Assembly (NCBI RefSeq): GCF_049965315.1
Contig: NZ_JBMFWL010000003.1
Location: forward strand, 15,716-79,715
DNA length: 64,000 bases
Direction of reading: 5' to 3'
From: Acidithiobacillus sp.
Lineage (GTDB): Bacteria > Pseudomonadota > Gammaproteobacteria > Acidithiobacillales > Acidithiobacillaceae
The position numbers were made by a program, and so were the translations under genes. Positions within the stretch are counted from its first letter, which is position 1, and the number at the start of each line of letters is the position of its first letter. Positions 52,050 to 62,029 of this stretch are shown one piece after another. The notes below the pieces were generated by a model that saw only the letters and a list, made by a program, of their open reading frames with translations, was not told the DNA's origin and made no database searches.

Positions 52050-52711
52050 TGCCCGCCCTCCCTGGCATATCCGTCGATCTGCTTGCGCAGATGCGCCACC
52101 AAGGCCTGGAATCCCTTGCTCTTCATGGTATCCGTATACTCCGCACGCTTCATGGAGAGATCGCTCACCCCATCGGCCACCACATTGACAATGCGCCATT
52201 GCTGGCCGGTCTGCTGCAGAAGATAGTCAAAACGATGGACCTTGCCGTTGTGTTCCGTGAAGGTGGTGAATACCCCCATGGTACCCGGCTGCAGCATCTG
52301 GCTGCTGGTGATGGCAAAACGCTCGCCATCGTAGCGGTCAAAGCGCGCTGCGTAGGTGGCCGCCGTGTACTCGGCGAGTACCGCCATGAACTCTTTTTGC
52401 TGAGCGCCGTGGAGTTGTGGCCAGTAGGGCCCCATGGTCAGGCTGGCGATTTTCTCGAAATCAAAAAGCTGCTGCACCACCGGAAAGACGATCCGGTAAC
52501 GCCCCGCATAGCCCAGGGCCTTGCCTCCCTTCATGGCCTCCAGCAAGGCGTTGTCCAAGGCGGCAACAGCCCCCTGGGGAGACGTGGCAGATGGAGTCGA
52601 GGCCGTGGCGGCAACGGGTGCGGCATCCGCCCACGCCGGCGCAGCGCTCAAGGGCAGCAGCAGGGACAAAGCCACCGCGCCCACCCCGATCATGCGTTTT
52701 TTATTGGTCAC
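52046..52711 (-). CDS. hpnM: MlaC/Ttg2D-family periplasmic lipid-binding protein (HpnM-like)
   Basis: Signal peptide MTNKKRMIGVGAVALSLLLPLSAAPAWA. About 195-aa mature toluene-tolerance (Ttg2D) type domain (FDFEKIASLTMGPYW, WRIVNVVADGVSDL). Adjacent to hpnH. Confidence 0.7.
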   Translation of the reverse strand: MTNKKRMIGVGAVALSLLLPLSAAPAWADAAPVAATASTPSATSPQGAVAALDNALLEAMKGGKALGYAGRYRIVFPVVQQLFDFEKIASLTMGPYWPQLHGAQQKEFMAVLAEYTAATYAARFDRYDGERFAITSSQMLQPGTMGVFTTFTEHNGKVHRFDYLLQQTGQQWRIVNVVADGVSDLSMKRAEYTDTMKSKGFQALVAHLRKQIDGYAREGGQ

Positions 52712-52740
52712 GATACGCTCCTGACAACGGGACAGTAAAT

Positions 52741-53844
52741 TTAACGCTCGACGCGCAACGGGAACACCGGGTGCTCCGCCCCCGCCGACGGGGGGGTGGA
52801 CGGCAGATCCGGCGCCATCGGGCCCGCGGTGCGGGGTCCCAGCAACGCCACTTTCAAAGCCTTGATGGGATGGGCGAAGGTGTCGTTCACCGCCGTCGGT
52901 TCAAAACCCGAATGCACCTGGCACTGATCGCACTTGGCATGATTGCCGACGCCGTATTTCTCCCAGGGAGTATCATCCAGCAACTCCCGGAAGGTTTTGG
53001 CATATCCCTCCGTCACCAGAAGGTAACAGGGTTTTTGCCAGCCGAAAATATTCCGGGTGGGATTGCCCCAGGGGGTGCATTGATAGGTCTGGTTGCCGGC
53101 CAGAAAGTCGAGAAAGAGGCTGGACTGGTTAAACCGCCAGCGCGATTGCCGTTCCTTGCCCAGGCGGAAGATATCGCGGAACAACTGCCGCGAGCCCTGA
53201 CGCTTGAGGAAGACCTCCTGCTGCGGGGCCCGCTCGTAATTGAATCCGGGCGAAATGGTGACGCCCTCCACACCGAGCTCTTTGCAGTCGTCCAGGAAGT
53301 CCGCCACCTCCGCCGCGCTTTCCCCCTGGAAGAGCGTGCAGTTCACGGTTACCCGAAAGCCCTTCTCTACGGCCTCGCGTACGGCTGCCGTGGCGCGCTG
53401 ATAGGTCCCGGGCTGGCAGACGGAATCATCATGGCGCCTTTCGTTGCCATCGAGATGGATGGAAAAGGTGAGATAGGGAGAAGGGGTATAGTCCTCCATC
53501 CGCTTTTTCAGGAGCAGCGCATTGGTGCAGAGATAAACGAAGCGCTTGCGTTCCACCAGGCCCCGCACAATGGCCGGCATGTCCTTGTGAATCAGCGGTT
53601 CGCCGCCGGCGATGGAAACAATGGGCGCGCCACACTCCTCCGCGGCGCCGATGCACTCCTCCACGGACAGGCGCTGGTCCAGCACATCGTCGGGGTAGTC
53701 GATCTTGCCGCAGCCGGAACAGGCCAGATTGCAGCGGAACAGCGGTTCCAGCATCAGCACCAGGGGATAACGTTTACGCCCCCGCAACTTTTGCGCGAGG
53801 ATATACCGTCCTACCCGATAGCTTTGGATTAGTGGAACGCCCAT
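52741..53844 (-). CDS. hpnH: Adenosyl-hopene transferase (radical SAM)
   Basis: Start trimmed to ATG 53844 (MGVPLIQSYRVGRYILAQKL). CNLACSGC radical-SAM cluster motif. Full-length resemblance to HpnH, with the C-terminal KCDQCQVHSGFEP block. Confidence 0.9.
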   Translation of the reverse strand: MGVPLIQSYRVGRYILAQKLRGRKRYPLVLMLEPLFRCNLACSGCGKIDYPDDVLDQRLSVEECIGAAEECGAPIVSIAGGEPLIHKDMPAIVRGLVERKRFVYLCTNALLLKKRMEDYTPSPYLTFSIHLDGNERRHDDSVCQPGTYQRATAAVREAVEKGFRVTVNCTLFQGESAAEVADFLDDCKELGVEGVTISPGFNYERAPQQEVFLKRQGSRQLFRDIFRLGKERQSRWRFNQSSLFLDFLAGNQTYQCTPWGNPTRNIFGWQKPCYLLVTEGYAKTFRELLDDTPWEKYGVGNHAKCDQCQVHSGFEPTAVNDTFAHPIKALKVALLGPRTAGPMAPDLPSTPPSAGAEHPVFPLRVER

Positions 53845-53952
53845 ACCTGGTTTCTCCTGTGTTTTTGCCGACTGAACAGGCAACGCGATGGCTGACAAAT
53901 TCATTTAGTATAACATACCAAACGGTCTATAGGACAAGCGCCCAGCGGCGCA

Positions 53953-54795
53953 TCAAGCCGCCTTCGCTCGGGACAAGAAAAAAAACAGCACTCCGGCAAT
54001 GCGCGGAGCCAGCTTCGGCCGCAGCAAACGCGGGTCATAGGGGGCAAAGCGCCTTTCATTTTCGCTTCGGCACAGCGCCAGGAGCTCCCGCAGGCTGATG
54101 TCGTTGCTGATCTCCTTGTGCCCCGTCAAGGTGAAGTTTTCTTCCCGACTCTCGTTGAGACCGCGTGCCGTCCGGATTCGCGCCCAGGCCTGCATGGCAA
54201 TGACCTGGACCCGCTGCAGTTCCAGCCCCATGCGCTTCCACCATGGCAGGCGGCTGCGGTGCCATGCCAGCCAGTTGATAAAGAAGATGATATGGCGTGC
54301 CTCTTCCTGCATGATGGGGTCAAAGATGGCCACCAGCGCAGGCGGGAAAAAGCCCGAATCACGGGCCAGGGCAAAAAGGCCGAAGGCAAAATAGGAATCC
54401 AGGCACTCGCCGTAACCGGTGTAGAGAAACTCCCAATAGGGATCCCGCACGGCCGGTGCCGCAGGCAAGGGCGGAATCCTGATCCCATAGTGCTCCACCA
54501 GGGCGCGCAGCAAATCCGCGTGGCGCTGCTCTTCCAGGCCGTCCAGGGCCACCGCCGAGCGCACGACCGGGTCGGGCTCCTGTTCGCCCATGCTCTGCAC
54601 CATGCGCGCGGTAACGCTCTCGGTGGCCACCGCCTCCCCCCAGAAAGGCAAGGCAACCAGGCGCCGATAGGCGTCTTCGTCCAGCTTGGGCCAGTCGATC
54701 TGCTGCGGATCAAAACGGATATGCGTGTCGTGAAAAAACTGGCAAAAAAGGTCGCGATGCTCGTTGGACCCCATCTCCAGGATGGCCGCCGTCAT
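53953..54795 (-). CDS. Ferritin-like diiron-carboxylate protein of unknown function, embedded in the hopanoid locus
   Basis: Start trimmed to ATG 54795 (ATGA overlap with the upstream hpnL-like stop). 280 aa. Ligand pattern WGEAVATE ... EEQRH ... GYGECLDS ... QEEARH, that is E/EXXH twice. Confidence 0.6.
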   Translation of the reverse strand: MTAAILEMGSNEHRDLFCQFFHDTHIRFDPQQIDWPKLDEDAYRRLVALPFWGEAVATESVTARMVQSMGEQEPDPVVRSAVALDGLEEQRHADLLRALVEHYGIRIPPLPAAPAVRDPYWEFLYTGYGECLDSYFAFGLFALARDSGFFPPALVAIFDPIMQEEARHIIFFINWLAWHRSRLPWWKRMGLELQRVQVIAMQAWARIRTARGLNESREENFTLTGHKEISNDISLRELLALCRSENERRFAPYDPRLLRPKLAPRIAGVLFFFLSRAKAA

Positions 54796-55847
54796 GATGC
54801 TTCTCCTTTGGGTGTTTGGGCCTGCCGCCATTTTCGGTGTAAATGATGCCCTTCCAGGGCTTGCCATGACAAGAGTACGGGCCCGCCCAAGACCAGTTCC
54901 CGGAAGCGGCGCGCCAGGGAAAAGGCCAGCGCCAGATCCGGGCCGATGCCCGCCGCGGCGCCGAAAAGCACAAAACCGCCTTCCTGAATGCCGATGCCGC
55001 CCGGCACCAGAAAGGCCGCGCTACGCAGGGCCTGACCGAGGCTTTCCATCAGGACGGCCGCCCACAGGGGGACGGGATGGCCCAGAATCCAGAAAGTGAA
55101 CCACACCTCCAGGGCCCCCGCCAGCAGGCCCATGCACTGCCAGAAAACGGGGATCACCAGGGCCCAGCGCTGGCCATACAGGGTACGGATTTCCGCGTCC
55201 AGGAGGGCCGGATCCTCCAGACGCAGGAGCAGGTCCTTGCCGCCCAGCAGCATTTTCATGAGCCGCTGGAGGATCTGGAAAAACCCCCAGCGATGCTGCA
55301 CCCAGAGAAAGCCGAGCATGACGGGCACCATGAAGGCCAAAGCCAGGAGCACGGCCAGTTCCATGGCGTGGTCGCTGATGGCATAGACCAGGATGACCAG
55401 GCCCAGCAAGGTAAAAAGAAACTGGCTCACCAGGGTCAGGGTGATCTCCACCATGATGCTGGCGCCACCCAGATAGCCGGGAACGCCGTGGCGGGACAAC
55501 AGCCGCGCACCAACCACTTCCCCGCCCACCCGTGCGACGGGCAGGAGGCCGTTCACGGATTCGCGTACCGCCGCGACCCAGAGCAGATACCAAAAACCCG
55601 CGCGGTCTTCCCCGCGCAGCAGCCATTTCCAGCTCAGGACATCCAGGCCCAGCGGCAGGAAATGGAAAGGCAGCAACCATAACAGGGCCCAGCCGCTGTG
55701 AGCCAGAATCTGCAGGATGCTGCGGGCGCCCTCATGCAGCACCAGCACCAGGGCCAGCAGGAGCCCCAGCAAGCCGCTGGCATAAACCAGCATGTGGCCC
55801 GTTGGCAGCGTGCGGCCCGTGGACCGCTCTCCCTCAGCGGCCTTCAT
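54792..55847 (-). CDS. hpnL: UPF0104 / lysyl-PG-synthase-TM-like flippase-type membrane protein (HpnL-like)
   Basis: 351 aa, about eight TM segments, with a C-terminal [39 protein letters not shown] block typical of the family. The start may be ATG 55793. Confidence 0.65.
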   Translation of the reverse strand: MKAAEGERSTGRTLPTGHMLVYASGLLGLLLALVLVLHEGARSILQILAHSGWALLWLLPFHFLPLGLDVLSWKWLLRGEDRAGFWYLLWVAAVRESVNGLLPVARVGGEVVGARLLSRHGVPGYLGGASIMVEITLTLVSQFLFTLLGLVILVYAISDHAMELAVLLALAFMVPVMLGFLWVQHRWGFFQILQRLMKMLLGGKDLLLRLEDPALLDAEIRTLYGQRWALVIPVFWQCMGLLAGALEVWFTFWILGHPVPLWAAVLMESLGQALRSAAFLVPGGIGIQEGGFVLFGAAAGIGPDLALAFSLARRFRELVLGGPVLLSWQALEGHHLHRKWRQAQTPKGEAS

Positions 55848-58533
55848 CCTGGGCGATACCCTGTTCGCGGGGAGAATGGGTGAACAGCAGGAGCAATGCC
55901 GGCAATACCACGAGAATGCACAAGAGCACCATGGCCAGCGCCAGGCTCAGGGTCTTGCCCAAACTCGCCATGCCCGGATCAAGGGATATGGCCATGCTCC
56001 CAAAGGCGCTCAAGGTGGTGATCCCGCTGAAAAACACCGCAAAGGGCGTACTGGTCTGGAGCATGTGGGCGACATCGGTTCCGCCGCGCCAACGCGCCAC
56101 GATATAGATGGCAAAGGCCACGCCCAGCCCGATCAGCAGGGGCAGGACGATGATGTTGCCGAGGTTGAAGGAAAGCCCCAGGTAACTCATGCTCGCCACG
56201 GTGAAAAGCGCCGCCAACAACAGGGGCACCATCACCAGCAGGGTATCGCGCCAGCAACGCAGGACCAGGAAGAGCAGCAGGGAAATGCTGACCATGGCAA
56301 TGACCGTGGCCTCCTGGAAGGCCGCCAGCACCGCCTCGCCGCCTTCCACCAGCATCACCGGTGCCCCCGCGGCCTGCGGCGCCACCTGCTGGACATTGCG
56401 GACAAACGCCAGCATGGCGGCGTTGCTGCTGAGATTGGCCCGGGGAAAGACTTCGATCCGGGCCTGACCCTGGGGCGTGACATAACGCGTACGCAAATCT
56501 TCCGGGAGGCTCTGCAAGGTCACGGGGGCGGCCGTCAGGGCCATCCCCAAGCGTTGCAGTTCGGGGGGCAAGCCGCCCATGATCCGCTCCTGCAAGGCCT
56601 TGATGGCCTGCGGATCATCGCCGTAGCGATGGTGGAAACGCTGCAGGGCGCTTTGCAATTGCATGGCCGCCCGTCCGGTCGGACTGCCTTGCCCCTCGGC
56701 CATGCTCAAGGCCACCAGCCGGCCGGCGAAATGGGTCAGCACGGCGCCCGTATCCGCCGCCGGCGGCTGTAGCGCGGCCGGCATCAGGAGCGAAAAAGGC
56801 GGCACCAGGATTTGCAGATTTTGCAGGATGGCCAGTTTCTCGCTCTGCCCTGCGGGGATATAACTGGAAAGAGTCACGGCCTGGGACACGTCAGGCAGCT
56901 TGTCCAGGCGTGCCGCCAGGGCGTTGGCGGACGAGAGGTCAGGGGCGACAATCTCGATCCGGTAGGGCGATATACCCGGCTCGGCCAGGAGCTGACGAAA
57001 GACCCGCACCCCCTCGGCGTGGGGGTCGATGAGACTCAGGGGATTGAAATCGAAAGACGCACGCAGGACCGCCGGAACCGCCAGGACAGCGAGCACCATC
57101 ACCATCGCCAGAACCCCATAGGCATAGCGATGAATGGGATAACGGACCAGGGCCGGCGTCAGGCGCGGATGAGGAAGGCTATGCACCGGCAGCCGCTGGC
57201 GCGCCGGCCACAGGGTGAGAAAGGCCGGCAGCAGCGTCAGGGTCATCAGCAAGGCGATCAGCATGCTCGTACCGGATATCAGGCCCAGATCGACGATACC
57301 CGCATAGCTGGTGGGCACAAAGGCGTAAAAGCTCAGGGCGGCGGCCAGCGCCGCCAGGCTCAAGGCAGCACCCAGGCCGCGGGCGACGCGGCGCAGCGCC
57401 TCGGGATGAGGCGCCCCGCTAAAGACCTCTTCCCGATAACGCATGCAAAACTGGATGCCGAAATCCACGCCCAGGCCGATAAACAGGATCGCAAAGGCTA
57501 CGGAGATCAAATTGAAGGGACCGATCACCAGGAGGGCGCCCGCCGTGGTCAGGATCATGCCGACGATCAGGCCGAGCAGGACCCCCGACACCATGCGCAG
57601 GGAACGCAGCGCCACCACCAGGAGGAGGATCTCCACGGCGAAAGTAAGGCCCAGGGACACCCCCGCCCCGGCCGCCACCGTTTTGAGCTGTTCGGAGTCC
57701 AGTACCGCTTCGCCCGTTATGCCCAGATCCAGGCCATGGGCCTGGTCCAGATGCAGGTTCGCGATCCCCGCCCGCAAGGTCTGCAGGGCCTGGGCGGCCG
57801 GCTCCAAAGAGTGATAGTCGAGCACCGGCCGGATGATGACGAAGCGCTGCCGGCCCGCTGCGGCCGTCGCACCGCCTCCCATCAGGCTTCCCCAGGGAAC
57901 CTGATAGAATTGCCCCGCCATCTGCGCGTCCACGGCCTTGCGCATTTCCATAAAAATGCTCTCCAGGCCCGGCAGGCTGGCGCCGCCCTGCAGACGCTGA
58001 TCGATGGCTTGGTTCATCAGGCCCAGCAATCCCGAGAGGCTGGGATCCTGGGAGAGCTTGGCGATGAGCGGTTGCGCATCGGTAACCCGGTTGGCGAAGG
58101 ACTGCAGCTCCTGCCGGGAAAGATAAAGGATGCCATTGCGCTCGAAGAAGCTGCCGCCCCCAGGGATATAGACGTTCTCAAACTGCCGGGGATGGGCGCG
58201 CAGCCATTGAGTCAGACGATCCACCGCCCGCCCGGCCAAGGCCGAATCCTTGCCCTTGATGACCACGATGATGGTGTTTTTTTCCTGGGGAAAGGCCCGT
58301 TGATAGGCATGCTCCAGCTTTTGAAAAGGGAGATCCCGGGAAAGGGCGTTACTGGTGTCGGTATCAACGGAAAAATGCGTTGCCGTATAAACAAGCCCCA
58401 GCAGCGCCAGGGCCAGCAGCGTCCCGAGGACCACGCGGGCATGCCGCTGGGAGATGTCCACCAGGCGGATGAGGGCGCCCAGATACACCTTACCAACCCG
58501 CTGGAGAAAATGGTTAATGGACGACCAGATCAC
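55834..58533 (-). CDS. hpnN: RND/MMPL-family hopanoid transporter
   Basis: 899 aa with 12 TM segments arranged 1+5 / 1+5 and two large periplasmic loops. Located in the hpn locus. Confidence 0.85.
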   Translation of the reverse strand: MIWSSINHFLQRVGKVYLGALIRLVDISQRHARVVLGTLLALALLGLVYTATHFSVDTDTSNALSRDLPFQKLEHAYQRAFPQEKNTIIVVIKGKDSALAGRAVDRLTQWLRAHPRQFENVYIPGGGSFFERNGILYLSRQELQSFANRVTDAQPLIAKLSQDPSLSGLLGLMNQAIDQRLQGGASLPGLESIFMEMRKAVDAQMAGQFYQVPWGSLMGGGATAAAGRQRFVIIRPVLDYHSLEPAAQALQTLRAGIANLHLDQAHGLDLGITGEAVLDSEQLKTVAAGAGVSLGLTFAVEILLLVVALRSLRMVSGVLLGLIVGMILTTAGALLVIGPFNLISVAFAILFIGLGVDFGIQFCMRYREEVFSGAPHPEALRRVARGLGAALSLAALAAALSFYAFVPTSYAGIVDLGLISGTSMLIALLMTLTLLPAFLTLWPARQRLPVHSLPHPRLTPALVRYPIHRYAYGVLAMVMVLAVLAVPAVLRASFDFNPLSLIDPHAEGVRVFRQLLAEPGISPYRIEIVAPDLSSANALAARLDKLPDVSQAVTLSSYIPAGQSEKLAILQNLQILVPPFSLLMPAALQPPAADTGAVLTHFAGRLVALSMAEGQGSPTGRAAMQLQSALQRFHHRYGDDPQAIKALQERIMGGLPPELQRLGMALTAAPVTLQSLPEDLRTRYVTPQGQARIEVFPRANLSSNAAMLAFVRNVQQVAPQAAGAPVMLVEGGEAVLAAFQEATVIAMVSISLLLFLVLRCWRDTLLVMVPLLLAALFTVASMSYLGLSFNLGNIIVLPLLIGLGVAFAIYIVARWRGGTDVAHMLQTSTPFAVFFSGITTLSAFGSMAISLDPGMASLGKTLSLALAMVLLCILVVLPALLLLFTHSPREQGIAQDEGR

Positions 58534-59386
58534 TGAAGTGCACCTTTTGAATATGCTGGGCTTGCAGGTATTCGGCTATTTCCGGACTGCACAGGGCCGC
58601 CCATTCTGCATCGTGCCGATAGCCGGGCATCAAGGTCTGCAAAAGCGCGCTGCGGGTCAAGGCCGGATGAAAGTAAATCTCGCTCGCGCCCTCGGGAATG
58701 CAGGCCAGCGCCCGCAACAATGCCGCTTTATCCATGACACCCGTGGACGTCAAGCCGAAGAGCGCATCGTTGTGGGCCATGCCGAAGCGGCGCAGGCGCC
58801 GGCGCATGAGACGCAGCCAGGGACTGAGAAAGAATGACCACAGGGCTGGCGCCAACCCCTTCGCACCCCCGCAACGGGCAGCGGCGAGGGGCTCCCAAGG
58901 CAGCCGCACAGCGCGCAGACCGAATTCCCGGCCAATGCGCAGCATCAGCGACAGGACCGTGGGATGCAGGTGCAAGTGCTTGTGGGCATTGGCATGGTCC
59001 AGAAGCAGACCGGTTGCCTGGAAAGCGGCAAACTGGGCACGGATCTCCGCGGCCAATTGCCGGCGTACCCGCGGGATAAAAAAATAACGCACCCCCCGCC
59101 ACCAAAGATCGGCGGCAAAATGCCCACTGCTGTCCACCAGGTCCGGCACCTGCTGCGCCGGCAAGACCGGACACCCGTCCACCAGAGTCAGATGCAGCCC
59201 CACATGCAATTCCGGCATGGTTCTGGCGCGCGCCACGGCATCGGCCGCGGCGGAAGCCCCGACCATGAGGCTGGCAGTGTTGAGTACGCCATCCCGATGG
59301 GCCGATTCCACTGCGGCATTGACCGCCGGATCCAAACCAAAATCATCGGCGGTAAAGATCACCCGCCGATTCCCCCTACTGGTCAC
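58514..59386 (-). CDS. hpnK: ChbG/YdjC-family deacetylase HpnK
   Basis: 290 aa. VIFTADDFGLDPAVNAAVESAHRDGVLNTASLMV, the YdjC N-terminal metal-site motif. Confidence 0.85.
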   Translation of the reverse strand: MTSRGNRRVIFTADDFGLDPAVNAAVESAHRDGVLNTASLMVGASAAADAVARARTMPELHVGLHLTLVDGCPVLPAQQVPDLVDSSGHFAADLWWRGVRYFFIPRVRRQLAAEIRAQFAAFQATGLLLDHANAHKHLHLHPTVLSLMLRIGREFGLRAVRLPWEPLAAARCGGAKGLAPALWSFFLSPWLRLMRRRLRRFGMAHNDALFGLTSTGVMDKAALLRALACIPEGASEIYFHPALTRSALLQTLMPGYRHDAEWAALCSPEIAEYLQAQHIQKVHFSDLVVH

Positions 59387-59387
59387 C

Positions 59388-60815
59388 TCAGCCGTGGCGC
59401 TGGCGCAGGAAGCGCACGAACTCGACCCCTTCCCGCAGGCGCCTTTTCATCATCTGCGTACTCTTGATCATTTCCCCGGTGATCTCGGCGATCTTTCCGG
59501 CACGGAAGTAGAAACGCTTGTACATGGTCTCCACCGAGTCAAAAATCTCGGTGTGATTGAGATGGGGATAACTCAAGGGACTGATCTGCACCCCGCGGTC
59601 ATTCACCAGATGGGCCTCGGAATCCTCCGTCAGCCAGCCTTCCTTCTTGGCCTGATCATAAAGGAAGGTGCCCGGATAGGGAGCGGCGATGGACACCTGG
59701 ATGGTGTGCGGATTGATCTCCTTGGCAAAGCGGATGGTCTCCTGGATGGTTTCCCGGGTCTCTCCCGGCAAGCCGAGGATGAAGGTGCCATGAATGACGA
59801 TGCCCAACTCGTGGCAGTCGGCGGTGAACTTGCGCGCCGCCTCCACCTTGAGGCCTTTCTTGATGTTGTTGAGGATCTGCTGATCCCCCGACTCATAACC
59901 CACCAGGAGGAGGCGCAGGCCGTTTTCCTTGAGGATCTTCAATGTCTCATAGGGGACATTGGCCTTGGCGTTGCATGACCAGGTGACCCCGAGCCTGCCC
60001 AGCCCCCGGGCGATCTCCTCGGCGCGGGGGCGGTCATCGGTAAAGGTGTCGTCGTCGAAAAAGATCTCCTTGACCTGCGGGAAATTCTTCTGAATGTAGC
60101 GGATCTCTTCCAGGACGTTTTCCGCGCTGCGCGTGCGATAGCGGTGCCCGCCCACGGTCTGGGGCCAGAGGCAGAAGGTACACTTGGAGCGGCAGCCGCG
60201 GCCCGTATACAGGGAAATGTAGGGGTGCTTGAGATAGCCGATGAAGTAGTCTTCGATATGCAGATCGCGCTTATAAACCTCGGAGACAAAGGGCAGGGAG
60301 TCCATATCCTCCAGGACTGCCCGGTCCGGCGTATGGACAATGGTGCCATTGGCCGAGCGATAGCTGACCCCATCCACTTCCGCCAGGGGACGGCCTTCGG
60401 CAATTTCCTTGAGGGTGAAGTCGAACTCCTCGCGGGCGACGAAATCAATGGCCGCCGAGGCCTGCAGGGATTCCTCGGGCTCCACCGCCACCTTGGCTCC
60501 CACCATGCCGATCATCAGCCTGGGGTGCGCCTCCTTGAGGGCCTCGGCCATGCGCACGTCGGAGGGGAAAGACGGGGTGCTGGTATGGATGATGCACAGC
60601 TCGTAGCCGCCGGCGATGCGCAGGGTCTCTTCGACGCTGACATCGGCAGGCGGCGCATCCAGCAGGCGGCTGCCCGGAATCATGGCCGCCGGCTGGGCCA
60701 GCCAGGTGGGATACCAGAAGGAACGAATCTCGCGCTTGGCCTGATAACGCGATCCAGCACCACCGTCGAAGCCTTCAAAGGAGGGCGCTTGCAGAAATAG
60801 GGTCTTCATCGTCAT
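59388..60815 (-). CDS. hpnJ: B12-binding radical SAM protein HpnJ
   Basis: Start at ATG 60815 (ATGA overlap with the hpnI stop). MTMKTLFLQAPSFEGFDGGAGSRYQ, radical-SAM motif CRSKCTFC. Confidence 0.85.
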   Translation of the reverse strand: MTMKTLFLQAPSFEGFDGGAGSRYQAKREIRSFWYPTWLAQPAAMIPGSRLLDAPPADVSVEETLRIAGGYELCIIHTSTPSFPSDVRMAEALKEAHPRLMIGMVGAKVAVEPEESLQASAAIDFVAREEFDFTLKEIAEGRPLAEVDGVSYRSANGTIVHTPDRAVLEDMDSLPFVSEVYKRDLHIEDYFIGYLKHPYISLYTGRGCRSKCTFCLWPQTVGGHRYRTRSAENVLEEIRYIQKNFPQVKEIFFDDDTFTDDRPRAEEIARGLGRLGVTWSCNAKANVPYETLKILKENGLRLLLVGYESGDQQILNNIKKGLKVEAARKFTADCHELGIVIHGTFILGLPGETRETIQETIRFAKEINPHTIQVSIAAPYPGTFLYDQAKKEGWLTEDSEAHLVNDRGVQISPLSYPHLNHTEIFDSVETMYKRFYFRAGKIAEITGEMIKSTQMMKRRLREGVEFVRFLRQRHG

Positions 60816-62029
60816 TGCTGTGCTCCGTCGTGCCCGCCCATGCGCCCCTTGGGGTCGATGGCGAAGCGGTCTCCCCGCCAGCGGATCCGTCTGGCAAAAA
60901 GGGCATGAAACCATATTAGCAGGCCCATACCGTCGGCGAGGAAGGCATCGAGCACTCCCTCGGAATTGGTGATCCGCAGTTTTTTCAAGATCGCGTAATG
61001 GTACACGAGGCGCAAGCCCAGGACCACCACTAAAAACACCAGCCCGGGTCCGCCGGCCCCAGGGGCGAGCAGGGCCACGACGGGCAAGGGATAGCTGATG
61101 AAGGCCAGTGTATGGCCCACGGGCTGCACCACCCGCGTGGTCCGCGACCAGCGTAGGGCATGTTGATAAAATGATGAGAAATCAAGCTCATGGACCATGG
61201 TATCCACCACATAGGTAGAAAGCAGGGTGCGCTTTCCCCGGGCACGGCTCAGGGCGCCCAACCGATAGTCATCGGCAAGATGCGCCCCCAGGGCGGCCCA
61301 GCCGCCAATCCCTTCCAGGGTGCCGCGGCGCAGGGCCATGGTCGCCCCGCCGCAGTAAATGGTGGGCCCCAGGCGCGCGGCGACGAGGACCGAGGGCAGG
61401 AAGGACTCGTTGATCTGGGCCGCCAGGATCCATGACCAGAAGCCGGCGACGGGGATGCCCCGGTAGAGGCAGGTCACCACCCCCACCCCATCGTCTTGCA
61501 AAGGCCGACAAATCTCACGCAGGTAATCGCTGCCCACGCGAATGTCGGCGTCGCTGATGACCAGATAATCGTGGCGGCACAAAGCAAGGATGCCGGCGAG
61601 GTTGTTGACCTTGGGATTGCTGCCCACCTTTGCGGCGCTGATGCTTAGGGCGATGCGGAGATCCGGATATTCCCGCCGCAGGCGCTCCACCACCGCGATG
61701 GCCGGGTCCGCCGGATCCTGGACGCCGAAGACGATCTCATAGCAGGGATAATCCTGAGAGCAGAAGCTGCGCAGGTTGTCGTAGAGTCCGGACTCCAGAC
61801 CATGCAAGGGCTTGAGGAGGCTCACGGCCGGCCAGTCTTTATCCGTCTCTCGCTGTGGGGAGGCGGAACGCTGGTCCGAGAGATACGTGTCCACCAGCCG
61901 TGGCCGCCAGCGGGCCAACGCCCACAGGGCGAAGGCCAGATAAGCCAGGGCAGCGGCGCATAGCAACCAAGCCAGCCAATGCCACCAGGGGATCAGTGCC
62001 GTCACAGATAATGATGCTCCCGGAACCAT
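60812..62029 (-). CDS. hpnI: GT2 glycosyltransferase HpnI
   Basis: 405 aa. N-terminal TM segment, VSLLKPLHG, ISDADIRV (DxD), C-terminal TM segments. The start may be GTG 62005 (GTGA overlap with the hpnA stop). Confidence 0.8.
   Translation of the reverse strand: MVPGASLSVTALIPWWHWLAWLLCAAALAYLAFALWALARWRPRLVDTYLSDQRSASPQRETDKDWPAVSLLKPLHGLESGLYDNLRSFCSQDYPCYEIVFGVQDPADPAIAVVERLRREYPDLRIALSISAAKVGSNPKVNNLAGILALCRHDYLVISDADIRVGSDYLREICRPLQDDGVGVVTCLYRGIPVAGFWSWILAAQINESFLPSVLVAARLGPTIYCGGATMALRRGTLEGIGGWAALGAHLADDYRLGALSRARGKRTLLSTYVVDTMVHELDFSSFYQHALRWSRTTRVVQPVGHTLAFISYPLPVVALLAPGAGGPGLVFLVVVLGLRLVYHYAILKKLRITNSEGVLDAFLADGMGLLIWFHALFARRIRWRGDRFAIDPKGRMGGHDGAQQ

Noticed and set aside
53845-53952. 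Internal promoter for hpnH (TTGTCC ... TATACT on the minus strand) and the small hairpin GCGCC-GCTG-GGCGC after the diiron gene.
   Set aside because: The spacer is 19 nt, and the hairpin is short with no T-tract. This is plausible but not supportable as discrete features, so it is mentioned only within the cluster finding.
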